Origin: Camelus dromedarius
Taxonomy: Eukaryota
Assembly (NCBI RefSeq): GCF_036321535.1
Contig: NC_087437.1
Coordinates: forward strand, 3,658,001 to 3,722,000
Direction: 5' to 3'
Length of the DNA: 64,000 bases
In this document: in pieces, positions 50,251 to 62,799 of the stretch
Layout of the letters: the number at the start of each line of letters is the position of its first letter
Position numbering within the stretch: the stretch's first letter is position 1
The notes under the pieces: generated by a model
Told to the model about the DNA's origin: nothing
The model's input: only the letters and a program-made list of their open reading frames with translations
Databases searched by the model: none
Position numbers and translations under genes: made by a program

Positions 50251-50864
50251 GTAGGTGTCTGGGGATCCCAGGGGTGAGTTTCCTCATGCTACTTGTGTAC
50301 AGTCAGAAGTTTAAACAGACAGACAGAAAGGTGGCCTCAGACTACTTCATCAGTTCTGTCAGAGCCTCCAAGTGGAGGCACCGGAGTAAGCGCCCGTTCC
50401 TCGAGGAGGAACTTGAGCACTTCCTGGTGCCGGCCAGAGCCGGAGGGCTGGACCCTGAGGGCTCGGCTGTGAGGCCGCGTCCCCCACTCTGTGCCCATGC
50501 TCCCGTCTGCCGGGTGTGCCTGTGCCACCTGTGGTGGCTTTGTGTCCCCGTCTCCAGAGCAGCAGCCGCACCAATGGGAATGTCTGCACAGCTGCCCCTC
50601 GGGGAGACTTCCCCCGACCCACAATCACAGTAAACATTCTTGCTGTTTTCCCTTTTTCCTCCACTATAAGTTTCAATTAGTATGTAAGTAGTGGTGGTAG
50701 AAATTGTAACTTCTCTATTAGGGAAACGGATGTTAGGCAGTTCCGCCTTCAGCAGAGTGTCGGTGCACTGGGGCGCTTCAGCGCTCGTTACAGGACTGTG
50801 AGCGCCCCTGCGCTGCGTCTCACCTGTGGGTGTAGTAGTGGTCACATTCCAGAACCGCACTGCT

Positions 50865-51022
50865 GACGTGACAGCTGCTGGCCACACGTGGCTGTTTAAA
50901 GTGAATTAAAACCCAGCTTCCCGGTACAAGGGCTGCGCATCCAGTGTGCGAGGCCGCCATATCAGGCGCCCAGGTAAGGGGCAGTCCCGTCACTGCAGGG
51001 GGTTCTCCTGGGTAGCACTGCT
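50865..51022. mobile_element. MER3/MER33-like hAT relic
   Basis: cagctgctggccacacgtggctgtttaaa...cagcactgctct-like ends. Confidence 0.45.
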
Positions 51023-51786
51023 CTGGCCTTTGCTCTTTAAAATGAGTTCCTAAGAGGAGGAAGCAGCACAGGAGACTCCAGGACACCCTGTGTGGGAGAG
51101 CGGCGGTCAGGAGGGGACAGCCCAGCAGGAGGGGCAGGTTAAGGGTGTGGACCCCACACCCCAGCAGGCTCAGGGTGACAGGTGGGCCTCCTTTTCCCTC
51201 CTTCCCAGCTGCCCCAGGTGGCATGTCCGGCTCAGAGCGGGGTCCCTGCGGATGTTCTGGGGGGTTGCTCATCTTCCTGGTCCCCATCCTTGGCCATGAT
51301 GGGGGTCAGCGACTGGCCTCATGCTTTGTGGGTCATACTCTTGTTTTCCTCCCATGAAACCAAAGTTAAAAAATGTTCTGAACACGTGGCTATTTCTTTA
51401 AGGAAATTTAGCACAAGAGAACAGTAAAGAGAATGTTATTTCTAACAGTAACTAGTATTTTTCACAGAGAAATTGACAGTTTGGAGAGTTCAGATACAGA
51501 TGTGTTTAAGGTCAGGTTGTAGATGAGTGGAAGAGAGAATTTTTTAAGGAAAAAAATCAGTAATTTGGGGTTGAAAAAAGTTAGGTTGTTGTTGGAAAGG
51601 CATCTCAGTATAAACATTTGTTCATATGTTGAAAAGCTTTTGCAGTGTCATTAATGTAGTAAAGAGCCAAGAGGAAAGCATTGTGGTTATTTAAACCAGT
51701 CCTTCTTGTGGAATTTGAAGTTTTACATACGGGGAAATCACAGAGTGATCGGTGTCTCTGGAAGCACTGCCCTCGGCCCTTTCTCC

Positions 51787-51972
51787 CTAGACGAGGCGGG
51801 CCAGCGCTGGGTCGGTGCCCTGGCGCTGTGCGAGGAGCTGCAGGGGGCCAGGGCGCCGCCGGGCCCGGGGCTGGACCTGGACGCGGCCCACACCTTCTGC
51901 CAGTGGCAGTGCTGTCTGCAGATGGGGCTGTACCTTAACCAGCTGCTGGCCGCACCTCTCCTGGAGCCCGAC
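51787..51972 (-). other. ATP2C1: Orthologue of the ATP2C1 alternative terminal coding exon, antisense within ASTE1; use in this species unproven
   Basis: Minus frame VGLQERCGQQLVKVQPHLQTALPLAEGVGRV... aligns with the recalled human SPCA1b/d tail VWLWERSGQQLVEIHPHLETGLPLTEDVSCV. Confidence 0.4.
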
Positions 51973-51980
51973 CTCACCTG
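51791..51980 (+). CDS. ASTE1: ASTE1 coding exon 3
   Basis: ttctccctAG|AC...LDLDAAHTFCQWQCCLQMGLYLNQLL...PDLT TG|GTAAGT; 190 nt, phase 1 to 2. Confidence 0.95.
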
Positions 51981-53710
51981 GTAAGTCCCGGGACCTGGCT
52001 CAGTGCCATGCAAACAGGGAAACACTCCCACCTACTCATAAAGCAAAGGAGATTTTTTTTTTTTAATGAATCTTAGTATAACTGGTCCTGGATCACTGTT
52101 AAAGCTGAAGAGCTTAATACTGATTTTAAAAATACTGAGCTCCATATTCCCAAAGGATGTTTCCATGACTGGATCAGATTGTTAAAACTCAGTACAGGTG
52201 AGAGGAGACACAGTGGTGATGGGATGTGACCCGCTGGCTCCTGTCTCTCAGGCCTGCGCTGAGACGCCCCGTTACAGAGGCTCTTTCTCTCTGATGCTCC
52301 TGCGGACACAGTCCTCTCTGCCTCCAGTCACCCAGCCCCGTTACTCTGCTTCTGTGATCACATTTCCTGCCGCTTGTCCGCACATTCGCGCACATATCTA
52401 CTCAATGCCCACCATGTGCAAGGCTGTCACAGAGCCCTCGTCTCAGTGAGAGGACAGTTAGACGCCACTGGGTTTCTGCTGGGGGCTCCACAGGGTGGAG
52501 GATGAGGGGAGGCAGCCTGCATGCCAGGAGCTGAGTGGGAAGGCAGGACGGCAGGAGGGTGGGCAGGAGCAGGCGGGCTCAGCGGGCCGGTGTCCTGGTC
52601 CAGGGGGTACTCCTGGGGGCGGGGGTGCTGGGGGAGGGAGATGAAAGGGAGACGGTTAGAGAGGGAGTTAGATTCTGGTGCCGCGTCTCTGCCCTGGACC
52701 ACGAGTCGGGCGGGGCTGGGACTTGGCTGTCTGTTTACTCTTGTAGCCCCAGGGCCCAGCACATGGCAGGGACTCAGATATTTGCTGAGTAAAGAAATGA
52801 GTGACATCCGGAGGCGCACAGTAAACGCAGGCGTGACTGTGACTGTCTCATGGTGAAAGCGTCCTGGCAGTAGTGTCGTCAGCACGCCCTAGAACCTTCT
52901 ACCGAGTAAGACAGGCTGGCCTTTGACCTCCGGACTCTTTATGGCTTTCCTTTCCTAATTCGGGTCATCCTTGACTGGATCCTCTCCGGTTACCACAGGT
53001 GCCTCTAAAACAGAACAGCAAAAGCGAGGCCAAACAGTCCCCTTAAGAGTGGTGTCAGCAGGACTGTCCTTGCATCTCAGCGTAACCAAGGCTTCATATT
53101 TTATTTATTTAAACAGTTCCATTGTTTTAATTTTTTTAAATTGAAGTATAGTCGGTTTACAATGTTGCGTTAATAGCAAGGCTTTTTAAATGCTTTTACG
53201 CTGATTAAAGGATGGTTCTGCACCAGTTTCTAAGGCACCACTGCCCAACCCTGGCAGTAAGTTAACTAATAAATTTGTGGCTTCCAGTCAGTCCCGTCTT
53301 ACATTTGTGAAGTAGGTTTTCATTAATCCAAGTGAATGAGTAACCTTGCAAATGATGTGATTAAGTTTTCTCGTATTTCAACAGACTGCCTGTTTGCTAT
53401 TTTCAAAGGCATTTTCAGTTCCTTTTCTTTGAAGTGTTAAGAGGCCTGCTTGGCTCTGGGCTTGTTGCAGAACCAGCAAGCATCCATCACTTAATTTGTT
53501 GACAAAAAGTTCTAAATATCAGCCAAGAAATAATGTTTGTAACAACAATTCAGTTCCTTCCTTCAAGAAACAGACTATTCTTAAGTCATTTTAGCAGAGA
53601 GATGTTAGAGGCGGGACACACTCAGTATGGGACGGGCCGGTGGGCCGGGGCAGCATCGTCCCGGCACCGGACCTGGCATTAACGACGCCCTCTCCTCTCC
53701 CGTTGAGCAG

Positions 53711-54041
53711 CGTGTACAGTGGGAGCCTGGCACACGGGCTGTGCCGCCGCCTGCTGACATCAGCCTCGGCGGAGGGGCTCCTGCGCGGGTGTCCCGAGGC
53801 GCAGCAGCTTTACGAGTGCCTGATCCACGCCACGAGGTCCTGTGCCCCTGCTGAACTCTTCCTACCAAAAAGCAAGTCAAACTCCAAAAAAAAAAGGCAA
53901 AAGAAACAAGGCAGCAGCGGGTCCAAGAACAGAGTGGGGGCCATCTCAGACATGGGAAATTGGTACGAGGGAGGCAATCGGTTTGGGCTGTTAATGGTCG
54001 AGAACCTGGAGGGATGCATGGAGGCCTCTGAGCTGGCATGA
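53711..54041 (+). CDS. ASTE1: ASTE1 last coding exon
   Basis: gagcAG|C GTG TAC...VYSGSLAHGLC...PAELFLPK...KKKRQKKQ...WYEGGNRFGLLMVENLE...ELA*; total CDS 2037 nt = 678 aa + stop. Confidence 0.95.
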
Positions 54042-54188
54042 ATGCCGGCTGCCACCACAGGTGGAATTCTTACTGAAAACTGTCGTTGCCGCCCTTGAAA
54101 TGACTGACTTTTCTTCAGAATTAATTGTTAGGGGATAAACATGTAGTGGGTAATCTGTGAATTCCAAGGTATTTTGTATTCTACTTTT

Positions 54189-54194
54189 AATAAA
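54189..54194 (+). terminator. ASTE1: ASTE1 polyadenylation signal
   Basis: First AATAAA about 150 nt after the stop, followed by GT/T-rich sequence. Confidence 0.7.
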
Positions 54195-56496
54195 TGCAAC
54201 CTGATTTAAGTAAACGTCTGTATTCCTTAAACACATTGGAAAACATGTTTGTATGTCTCATGTTCCACTTCACTAAGTTAATAATAGTCTGTAACCTTCA
54301 AATTGCAGCAACTCAGCCAAGCTGTTTTCAAAAAGAAGTCCTACGTCAGTGACTTCCTGTAAGCTGAAGCTGGATTATTACCATTTAAGACAATACTTTT
54401 TTTTACATCTGTTTCCTTTTCATCCTTTATTATAAAAGGTCCAGGCATTGGAAGGTAGATGTGAGCCAGACAAGAAACGATAGACCTTTAAATGCTTTGT
54501 CAAGGAGACCATGGCAAGGCTGATAAGTGATTTAAATGTGCCCAGGTTTTAAAACAGAAATTGAAACTGTAATGGTCCCAACAAAATAAGAAACAGCATC
54601 CTGAGACGCTAAATCCAGAGACCAAGACAGTAAAATATCAGAGGTGTCAGAGGTGTGCAGCAGAGTCGGAAGCCAGGCTGCTGCTTACGCCGCCAGCTGA
54701 GCCACTACGGGATGTGAAACTAACCGGCGGAGTCGTAACCAGCATTTTAGATGGACCACATCGGACATGCACATCATATATGGACGGTTAAGGTACCGGC
54801 CTGCAGTCGAGACATTTAGAGGCACTGGCCTGGAACACATGAGAGGCTGCTGGAGTACACACACCAGCAGGATCGCAAGGGCCCTGGCCAGTTCCAAATA
54901 AAGGACTTGAGAATGAAAAAGCAGGTGGAGTGAACAGGTGGGGTAAGACCTGTCAATCTGAAGGTACAGACCGCCCTCCCCTTCCTGGGTATTCAGACCA
55001 ATTCTGTTCCTCTTCTCTGCTCTCCTTGGAATGTTCCATCAGCAGCTAACTGGTTTTAAGCTGTTTTTTTTTTTTTTTTTCTTTTGAGCAGGCCTATCAT
55101 AATTTCTCAGTCTCTGGGAAAGAGTTCCCTCTACTTCCCACGAGGCACAGTACTCTTAGAACAGGTCAGCCAGCAAAAGCCAGGGCCACACACACACACC
55201 TCCCAAGGGTCTGGCTTGAGCCGTTTAACAAAATGCAGAAACACAATCTCACAGGCTCCTAAAGTTTTCAAGCCGAAAGCCTGGTTTCTGTTTCAAATAA
55301 GAGTTCTTGAAAGGAAATTTTTGTTTAAGAGTGCATGGGGCTGTAGGAGGGTGGTTTCTATTTCTAAAGATTCCCAGAACCAAGAAAAGAGCAGTCACAT
55401 GCATCAATTTTTGAGAAGATACATGTGTTTCTAGCGAATAATGGATCTAATGGGGACTGTATGCACGTAAGATCTTTGTAGTATGAAAACTCTCCCCAAT
55501 TCCTGGAGTCGGGCCAATCTGGAAATCCTACCAACAGGAGTGTCCTGTTTCCTGGCTCACCATCAGCACTGCTTCTGAAAACCATCAACCTCCCAAGAAA
55601 AACCTGTTCACTCCTGCTTCCACTTTGGCAAATAACTGGTCTGACAGGCACCAGACCAAGGCGTGTAGGACTACAGAATGTAAAGTCACTAAATTCTATC
55701 GCTCACTTTTTTCTTCATTAGACGGAAGTTTTCAAGCAAGGGGCTCCCTTCCGTTGACATGAGAAGCCAGGTTCCTTCTGCAGCCACTGCAGTCAGGGCC
55801 TTTCACTTGCAGTTACCCAGTCTTGCAGTAAAGGAGTTAAAATCCAATCGTGTCCACTAACTCCTCTCCGTGAGAACTCAGGAAGGGCGCCTCCCTGGAA
55901 CACATCTTCTGTATCTGTCAAGCCAGAGGTCGCAGGCACCCCACGGGTGTCTGAGGGGTTTACCAAACAAATACGAGGGGCACGTGGGGCACTCGGTATT
56001 TATCTCAACATGTCTGTCTGTAATAAATTTCAGTCAAGGCAGCTAGAAATGATTCCATCCTTTGTACCAAATTGAACTGAAATACTGTTTATTTTGGACA
56101 GCTATATTAAAAAGATGCCTCTCCACCTGCACAACTTTTCTGAGCATACAGGACATGTTGCTTTGGCATTCCTCTCCAGGTCTGAGTAACGCCAAACTTC
56201 AAGCCTATCCAGTTATATAAATTCTAAACAAGAACCTCATGCTGAGGAAAAATGTTTTAAACTTCAAAAGCAGGGACTGGCCCCAGGCAGTGTACAGTCT
56301 GTTCACATGGGAGAAATGGATGAATGAAGTAATGCATGGAGTGTTCCAGCTAGTTTCACTGGATTCAGTTTTCAGGGAGAGAAATCAAATTTCATATGAG
56401 CACACCGCAATGCACAAGCAATCACTTTTATCCCTAATTGTATTGACAACATTTTAGGTATTTGGTTAAAACAACTAAATCTTTCAGTATTTATTA

Positions 56497-56540
56497 GATG
56501 TATGTATGTATGTATGTATGTATGTGTGTGTGTGTGTGTA
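56497..56540. repeat. (TATG)n(TG)n compound microsatellite
   Basis: Direct reading. Confidence 0.9.
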
Positions 56541-58444
56541 CACATATTTTAAGAAACAATTTTCCCATTACCACTTTAGAAGACACTTGGATATTTCTAT
56601 GTACAATATAACCCACTGTCAGTAAGATCAGGGAGTATCTAGGAATGTTTTTTGCAAAAAAAACAAACTGAAACAAAACAATTGATCAGAACCTATCAGT
56701 TTTAGATTTTTGATAATTTCTAAGACTGACTCATTTGACTTTGTGAAAAAATTATACCATCGCTTAAGCTAGCACTCAAGAACCAGAAAATTTACATATA
56801 ATTAGTGCTTTCTGGAGGACTAACTGAAGGGCTGGTTCTTGTGGAAAAACTGTGTTGTCTATCCAGCCACCCCCCTCCCCTCAGTCTTCCTCTGGTTCAT
56901 GTGTTCCACAAGGGGAGGAGGGAACAAATCAAAGGACGCTGACAAGAAAGACACAGTCCCCTCTGCACGGGGCCTCAGTGCTTGCTGTCATGGACACACA
57001 GTATGACTGTTATTTCATGATGCAGGGTGTTCCATGTGGGTTAATCTGCCTATTAGCAGGTAAACTCACTCTGATGTGGAAACCTTTTTCTGAGTACATA
57101 CATACTAAAATTACTCTGAAAAAAAATGGAGTTTGTAAACATACTGAGAACTGCTATAGATTATTGCTAAAATTGCTGTGACAACACAGCATTTTTATGC
57201 TTTCATTAAAATACTGGAAGGGAAACCCCATTTTCAGATTCCCTACTCAGTTGCCATACATTTGTGCAGGATGGGGTGTGGCTGGGAAGTGAGGGAACCA
57301 GTGGTTCTGTGGTGGATGTAAGTTAGGCATACCTTTCAGGTGCTAACAATCTTGCTAGGCCACTGGATATATGTCTGCAGCTGAGATTAAAGTCTTTGGG
57401 TGATGAAATTACGAAATGTGTTCCTCTTCTATTCCTGTGTTTGCAAATATCTCCAACGAGAATGCTGTCCTATTATAATCAGAGAAATGTTTGTCACAGT
57501 TGAAGACTCTAGGAAACATGGCCTCGAGAGAGCACGCTTCTGCTGTTCCCTTGTCTTGCCCCCAAACCTAAGGAAAACAAGAGGTAAAGGTGGTGGGCAG
57601 GGGCCTTTGGTGTTGAAATCTGGGAGTGGTGACGTCCACAGACCCAAGTGCCCGAAGTCCTGGAGCCCTTCAGACTCCCAGAGTCATGCAACTTGTTTTG
57701 TTTGGTTGGTTTTTTTTTTAACAAACTAAAGAAACTGACCCTATCATGATAACCATAATTTACTTTGTAAAGCTATTTTGATAGTCAGACAGCCAAGGGT
57801 GGACGTGAAGAGGAATTCACTACGAAATACTGTCATAACTTTACCTTAGAAATATAAATACTATGCAAATGTTTTGGTTTAGAATATTCTGTTCTGAGAA
57901 AATGAGTTAAAGTGTATTTTTCTCTAAGGCTGGAATAGTAGTTTACTTTGGTTTCTACTATTACTAAACTTCGTCTTCTGTAAGCAAGAGAACAGACTCC
58001 AGCCTGCTCAAGTTAAGCCTGTTTCTGTGTTTGTGTTGGGAAGAGAGGGCAGCCCCCACTTCTCCTGTACGTCCAGTGGGTGGGAGGAGGCAGGCGGACC
58101 AGAGAGGGGCAGACTCTACAATAAAAGCTTGGGGGGGATGTGTATGTCTGTGTGTGTTGAGGACCACAACTTGGATGGGACAATAGATCAGACAGTCCAC
58201 CCATGACAAGAACAAGGCGTCTTGGGAGATGAGCTGGGACAGATAACAGCGGCACGTCTGTCCTACTGACGGTGTTCTGGGCGCAGGCTGAGACTGGCCC
58301 CTGTACAGGAGCCTCAGTGGAGACCCAGTCCCTGACGGCAGTCAGGTACCAACTGCATCCATCCCAGAGGCAGTGTCCTGCTGGGAGCCTGAAGGGTAGG
58401 GAAACCGAGCGGTGCGTGAGCCTGTCCTCCTTTCTGAGTACCTA

Positions 58445-58625
58445 CACGGGCAGGCAGCCCTCCCCCCTAAAGGGTCAGAAGGTAAGCATTTTGGGTTTCA
58501 TAGGCCTTGTGGTCTCCGCACAGCCACATGTCTCCAGCTGCACCTGAGTGAGTGGTCAGCCCTGTCTGAGTGAGCATGTGTAGCTGGGGTCCACTGAAAC
58601 TTGCAGCCATGGTTTGTCAACCCTG
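58445..58625 (+). mobile_element. MER58A-like hAT relic
   Basis: taaagggtcagaaggtaagcattttgggtttcataggccttgtggtctc...ggtttgtcaaccctg. Confidence 0.55.
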
Positions 58626-61600
58626 ATGCTGAGTCAACAGCACCGTGTGACTAAGTTAAGGAGCTAGTAAAATAAACTGTTTCCCTAACTTGTAACACCT
58701 CTAAACAATTCATGGGCAGCCTAGACCTGCCCCATGTACAAAGATGCTTATAAATTCTCATGCAGTCCTATTAGGCAACCGTATGGATGCACATGAGAAA
58801 GGTGAAGACGTATCGTGTGTAACTCCCTAAAAGTGACTTCACTGTGCTTCAGCAAAGCCTGGCGTGTCTCTCCTATCAAGCATGTTCCTTCTGCCATCCT
58901 GTTTGGTGGGGGCCTGCTATATACTGCTCCAAGGATAATATTCTGTAGGACTCACGTAACAAGCTGGTTCACATTATGCTTTTGTAAGTTGCAGACTTGA
59001 TGGAAAAGAGCAAATGGTCAAGGCACTACGATATTTTCTTTAAGAGCATAAGATGGCACCAAACTGTCACTTCTCAACAGGCACTTCAGTGTACCTGTCA
59101 AAGGGAAAGCCTTAACAGAAACTCACTTTTAATACAGTTGAGTGAATGGGTATTAAAAAAAAAAACAACTCTGTATTAAAAAGCATATTTTGTTTTGAGT
59201 TGAAAAGCTGGAAATAGCCAGAAAACAAAATTGCACCTCTCCAGGGTCACATAGAACCATGTGCCCAATTTCTAGCACTGTGAGCTGTTAATACTGTGAG
59301 CTGTGGTTTCCACTCAGAAAACACTTGTCTCAGTAAACACTGTGGTCACTGCTGAAGAACTAGTGGTGATGGGCGGCCTGCACTGATGTGTGAGAGGCTG
59401 TTCAGCCAGGTCTGACAGCCATGGGGCCACCGCAGCAACGAGGGCCTCTGCTAGGATGTTTGTCACTCTGGCTAGACTTGCGCAAAAAGGGAGAGGATGG
59501 GTGGAGCCAGGTGACCCGTGATCCGCACACTGCCTGCCTGGAGCAGCGTGCAAATATGGGCAGTCACCACACCCGCACGCACATAGGAACACCAGCAGGG
59601 TTTTTTCGTAAGGATACAATGGCTCGAATATTCTTCCTACCCAAACAGCACCACTTAAACCTTGTTTCAATGAAAAGAGAAGATTAAACCAAATTTCTGT
59701 CTAGCTTTATCAATTTAAGTGGCTTAGACTTATATTTTTAATGCTTTCTAAAAAATAAAATCCCACAATTTAATGCCTAAACTTATGGCCGCATTTATTC
59801 TTAACATACATCTTTAGAGCCGCCCGGAAAGGCCATCCTGGTTGGCTCTTCAGCTGGGCTTTGAAGAACAGGAAAAAGTTCTGATTCTCAAAGTTGAGAC
59901 AGAGGAAAAAGTATTTCAAACTGAAGGAATACTGTCCAAAAAGACCAGGAAATGGACTGTGTTGGAACATCATGTGGGATTTGAGGCTAGAAAGATCCAG
60001 AGAATTATGAGTAAAATGGAAAAGACAAAAAACCTGAACATTGTTTTCTCCTCTCCTCACCAGCCATAAATTATTTGTTTGGAGCAAGTAGCTGTTTTCT
60101 AGTGTTAATGTTACTTACTGGGTTTCCACACACAGCTAACTTCAGTGTAGGTACATAGTTCTTTGCTATATATACTCTCTTACCTCTTACGAGAGTGTTT
60201 TATTGCAAATATCAAAAGATGTGCCACCAATAATTCAGATTGGTGTTTTCCAGTCAGTAACCTCATAACAGGTCCACTTTGAAAGCTCTATAAACAAAGG
60301 AGGCTAAATGTTGTCTTTTCACCCTGCATTCTGAATTTATTATACTGTTCACTGATTCTTAATATTACTATAATAAAGAAACTACTTTCAGTAAGTATCT
60401 TATTCTGTCAAAGCTGAAATAATATTCCTTTACTGCTTTATTTTACCACAATTTTTCAAAAAAAAAAAATCGATGCTTGTAAGAAATCATTTTCCTACTA
60501 CTTTATAATGAGCCTTGGCTTTGATTCACCCTGTGCTAGCAGTGTACTCTGACATGTCCCCTGGGAAAGGACGCCACAGACTCTACATTTCACACTGACC
60601 TGTGTCCCACCAAAGGCCACAGGTATCCAAACCAGAAGCAGCTGGACGCTGGGCCATCTTCCATGCCGCGTCCGAGCTCCCCCCAGAAGGGAGGGTCCGA
60701 GCCTTGCCCTCCGGGCTGGCTGCCACAGCTCAGGCCCTCCACCCCTTAGCTTCTGCAGGTCTTTGTCCTCACAAGCCGCCTCTGTGCTTCTGTCAGGTTA
60801 CAACTCGTAACCAGAAATCTAACTCGTACCAGCTCTGAAGCCCTCCCGCAGGCTGCAAGGCGAAGTCATCACCTTCATCCCTTGGCTCCTGCCCTCCCTG
60901 CAGCCCCTGGCATCATACATCTCCCACCTCAGCCCCAAACTCCCGTGGCTTTCACCTGCTCCTTCCAGACCCACCAGCACCTCTGCAGGGCTCTGCCATT
61001 TGGCTGCAGTGTCCTGCTGTTCTTAGCTCAAGAGTCTCAACCAAGGCTTGATTCAGACACCACGAGTTCTAGGCAATTTCCTGGCCAGCCTCCTCCCGTG
61101 ACGCGCCCTCTGCTTTGGCTGCTGAAGCGCGTGCGGCAGCACTTACCACTGCCCCCAGTGTCTTTCACTCTGGTCTCCAGGGTTATGACTGAGAGCTTCC
61201 AAAATCTGAACCTGCAAAAATATTTGCAGACTATCATACCTAAGGTAACATGAAGGACTGGTTAACCATTATCCATCATTAACAATAACCAACACTAAAA
61301 ACCAAACCCCCAAATCCAACAAGAGTCAGTGGTCATACCAGTGCTAACTGAGCTCAAGGGAGCTTAATGATCAGGATGCTCTTCTGTCCGGGCGCGTATC
61401 ACACAGGGGTAGTATTTATCCACACCATGTCTTAGTATGCAAATCAGCTATTGCTCACACTGCAGCCTAGTCTAAAAAGGTATTTCAAAGATTTCCAAAT
61501 GCCAGCGTCAATGGAAATCTCCAGAAATGTGTACTGGATTCATCTTAATGTGTGTGAATGCCAGGACCACTAACTTTCATGAAACAGCTTGGTAAGAGGT

Positions 61601-62537
61601 GTACCCTCCGCTAACCCTGTCCTCGCGCCCCTGAAGGGCAGGGACGCCGTCATCACCTTTCCATGCCTCATCACGCCAGGTGCTCAACAGAAGTTCAATG
61701 AATTGACAAAACTCATCCCTCCATGTTTCTGGGTGGGTCATGCGTAGAAGCAAAATGCATAGGAACTGCCAAATGACAAAAGGTAGCAAAGTTAATTAAG
61801 GTTCTTAGATGTGACATTGATTGTTTGCCACCAATTCACTTCACTGAGAAACTATTTTGATTATGGCCAGTACTCACTTTACTTGTGCACCACAGGAAAG
61901 AGGTCAAAACTTACAAAATGACTTCAGGAAGACAACTGATGTAAAAGATGTACCCTGCATAGGTATGAAGGTAAAAAATGTGATTTATCCTTGTGGTGTG
62001 GTTACTGCTATTAAGTAAAGCCTGTATGTGGCGGGGGCGGGGGGGGGGGGGTTATCACTAGGTCATGCAGTGCCCGGAACAGACGTGAGAGGACGTGCCC
62101 AGCGCTGTCCCCTCTGCAGCCAGTTTTCACCATCTGAGGACTGTCTACCTGGTCAGTGAGCTACTTAAAGTTCCCTTCTTTTCTTTCCTGCTGTTTAATC
62201 AATTTGAAGTCAATAACTTCATGAGGTATTCTAGCAGGGAAAAATCAAGTAAGTTAGTGTTTTAGGGACTCTAGCAAGTCCGAGGGCCAAGAAATGGGGC
62301 AAAAAATAAAAACTGAAAAATTTAGATACTAGTGGATTTGAATGATTATGCTAATTCAGATGATATACAACACAAAATACACACACACACACAGACTGTG
62401 ATTTGTTGTTATACTATGGAAAACCTGTTACACAGATGTAGTGTGCCTGTACCATACATCTCGCTTCCTGTTAAATCACACCCTCTGTACTATGAGTACT
62501 GCCTAATTTCTGTATCTTCAACACCCATAAGATTTTA

Positions 62538-62708
62538 TTTTTAAAATTTTAATGTATTTATTTGTTTTTTTGTTTGTTTTTGTTTGTTTGGGGGAGGTAA
62601 TTAGGTTTATTTATTTATATTGTTTTTTAACAGAGGTACTGGGGATTGAAACTAGGACCTCATGCATGCTAAGCATTCACTCTACCACTGAGCTATACCA
62701 CCCCCCCC
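62538..62708 (-). mobile_element. tRNA-derived SINE (vic-1-like, long form)
   Basis: Reverse complement ggtatagctcagtggtagagtgaatgcttagcatgcatgaggtcctagtttcaatccccagtacctc...aaataaacctaattacctcccc(AAAC)n; imperfect TSD (17/19) at 62519-62537 and 62709-62727. Confidence 0.9.
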
Positions 62709-62799
62709 CAACATCCACAAGATTTTAATGTTAATAGTTGAAACTGGAAGAACATTAACTTATGGCAGGAAATCATTCTGGGGGGAGGTTCAAAATCTG

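Noticed and set aside
59842..60069. 75-aa charged ORF resembling a coding exon
   Set aside because: No splice or homology support; purine-rich sequence resembling a decayed ancient repeat
62028..62052. G-runs here and at 15353-15366 as functional G-quadruplexes
   Set aside because: Simple homopolymers with unreliable length and no supporting context
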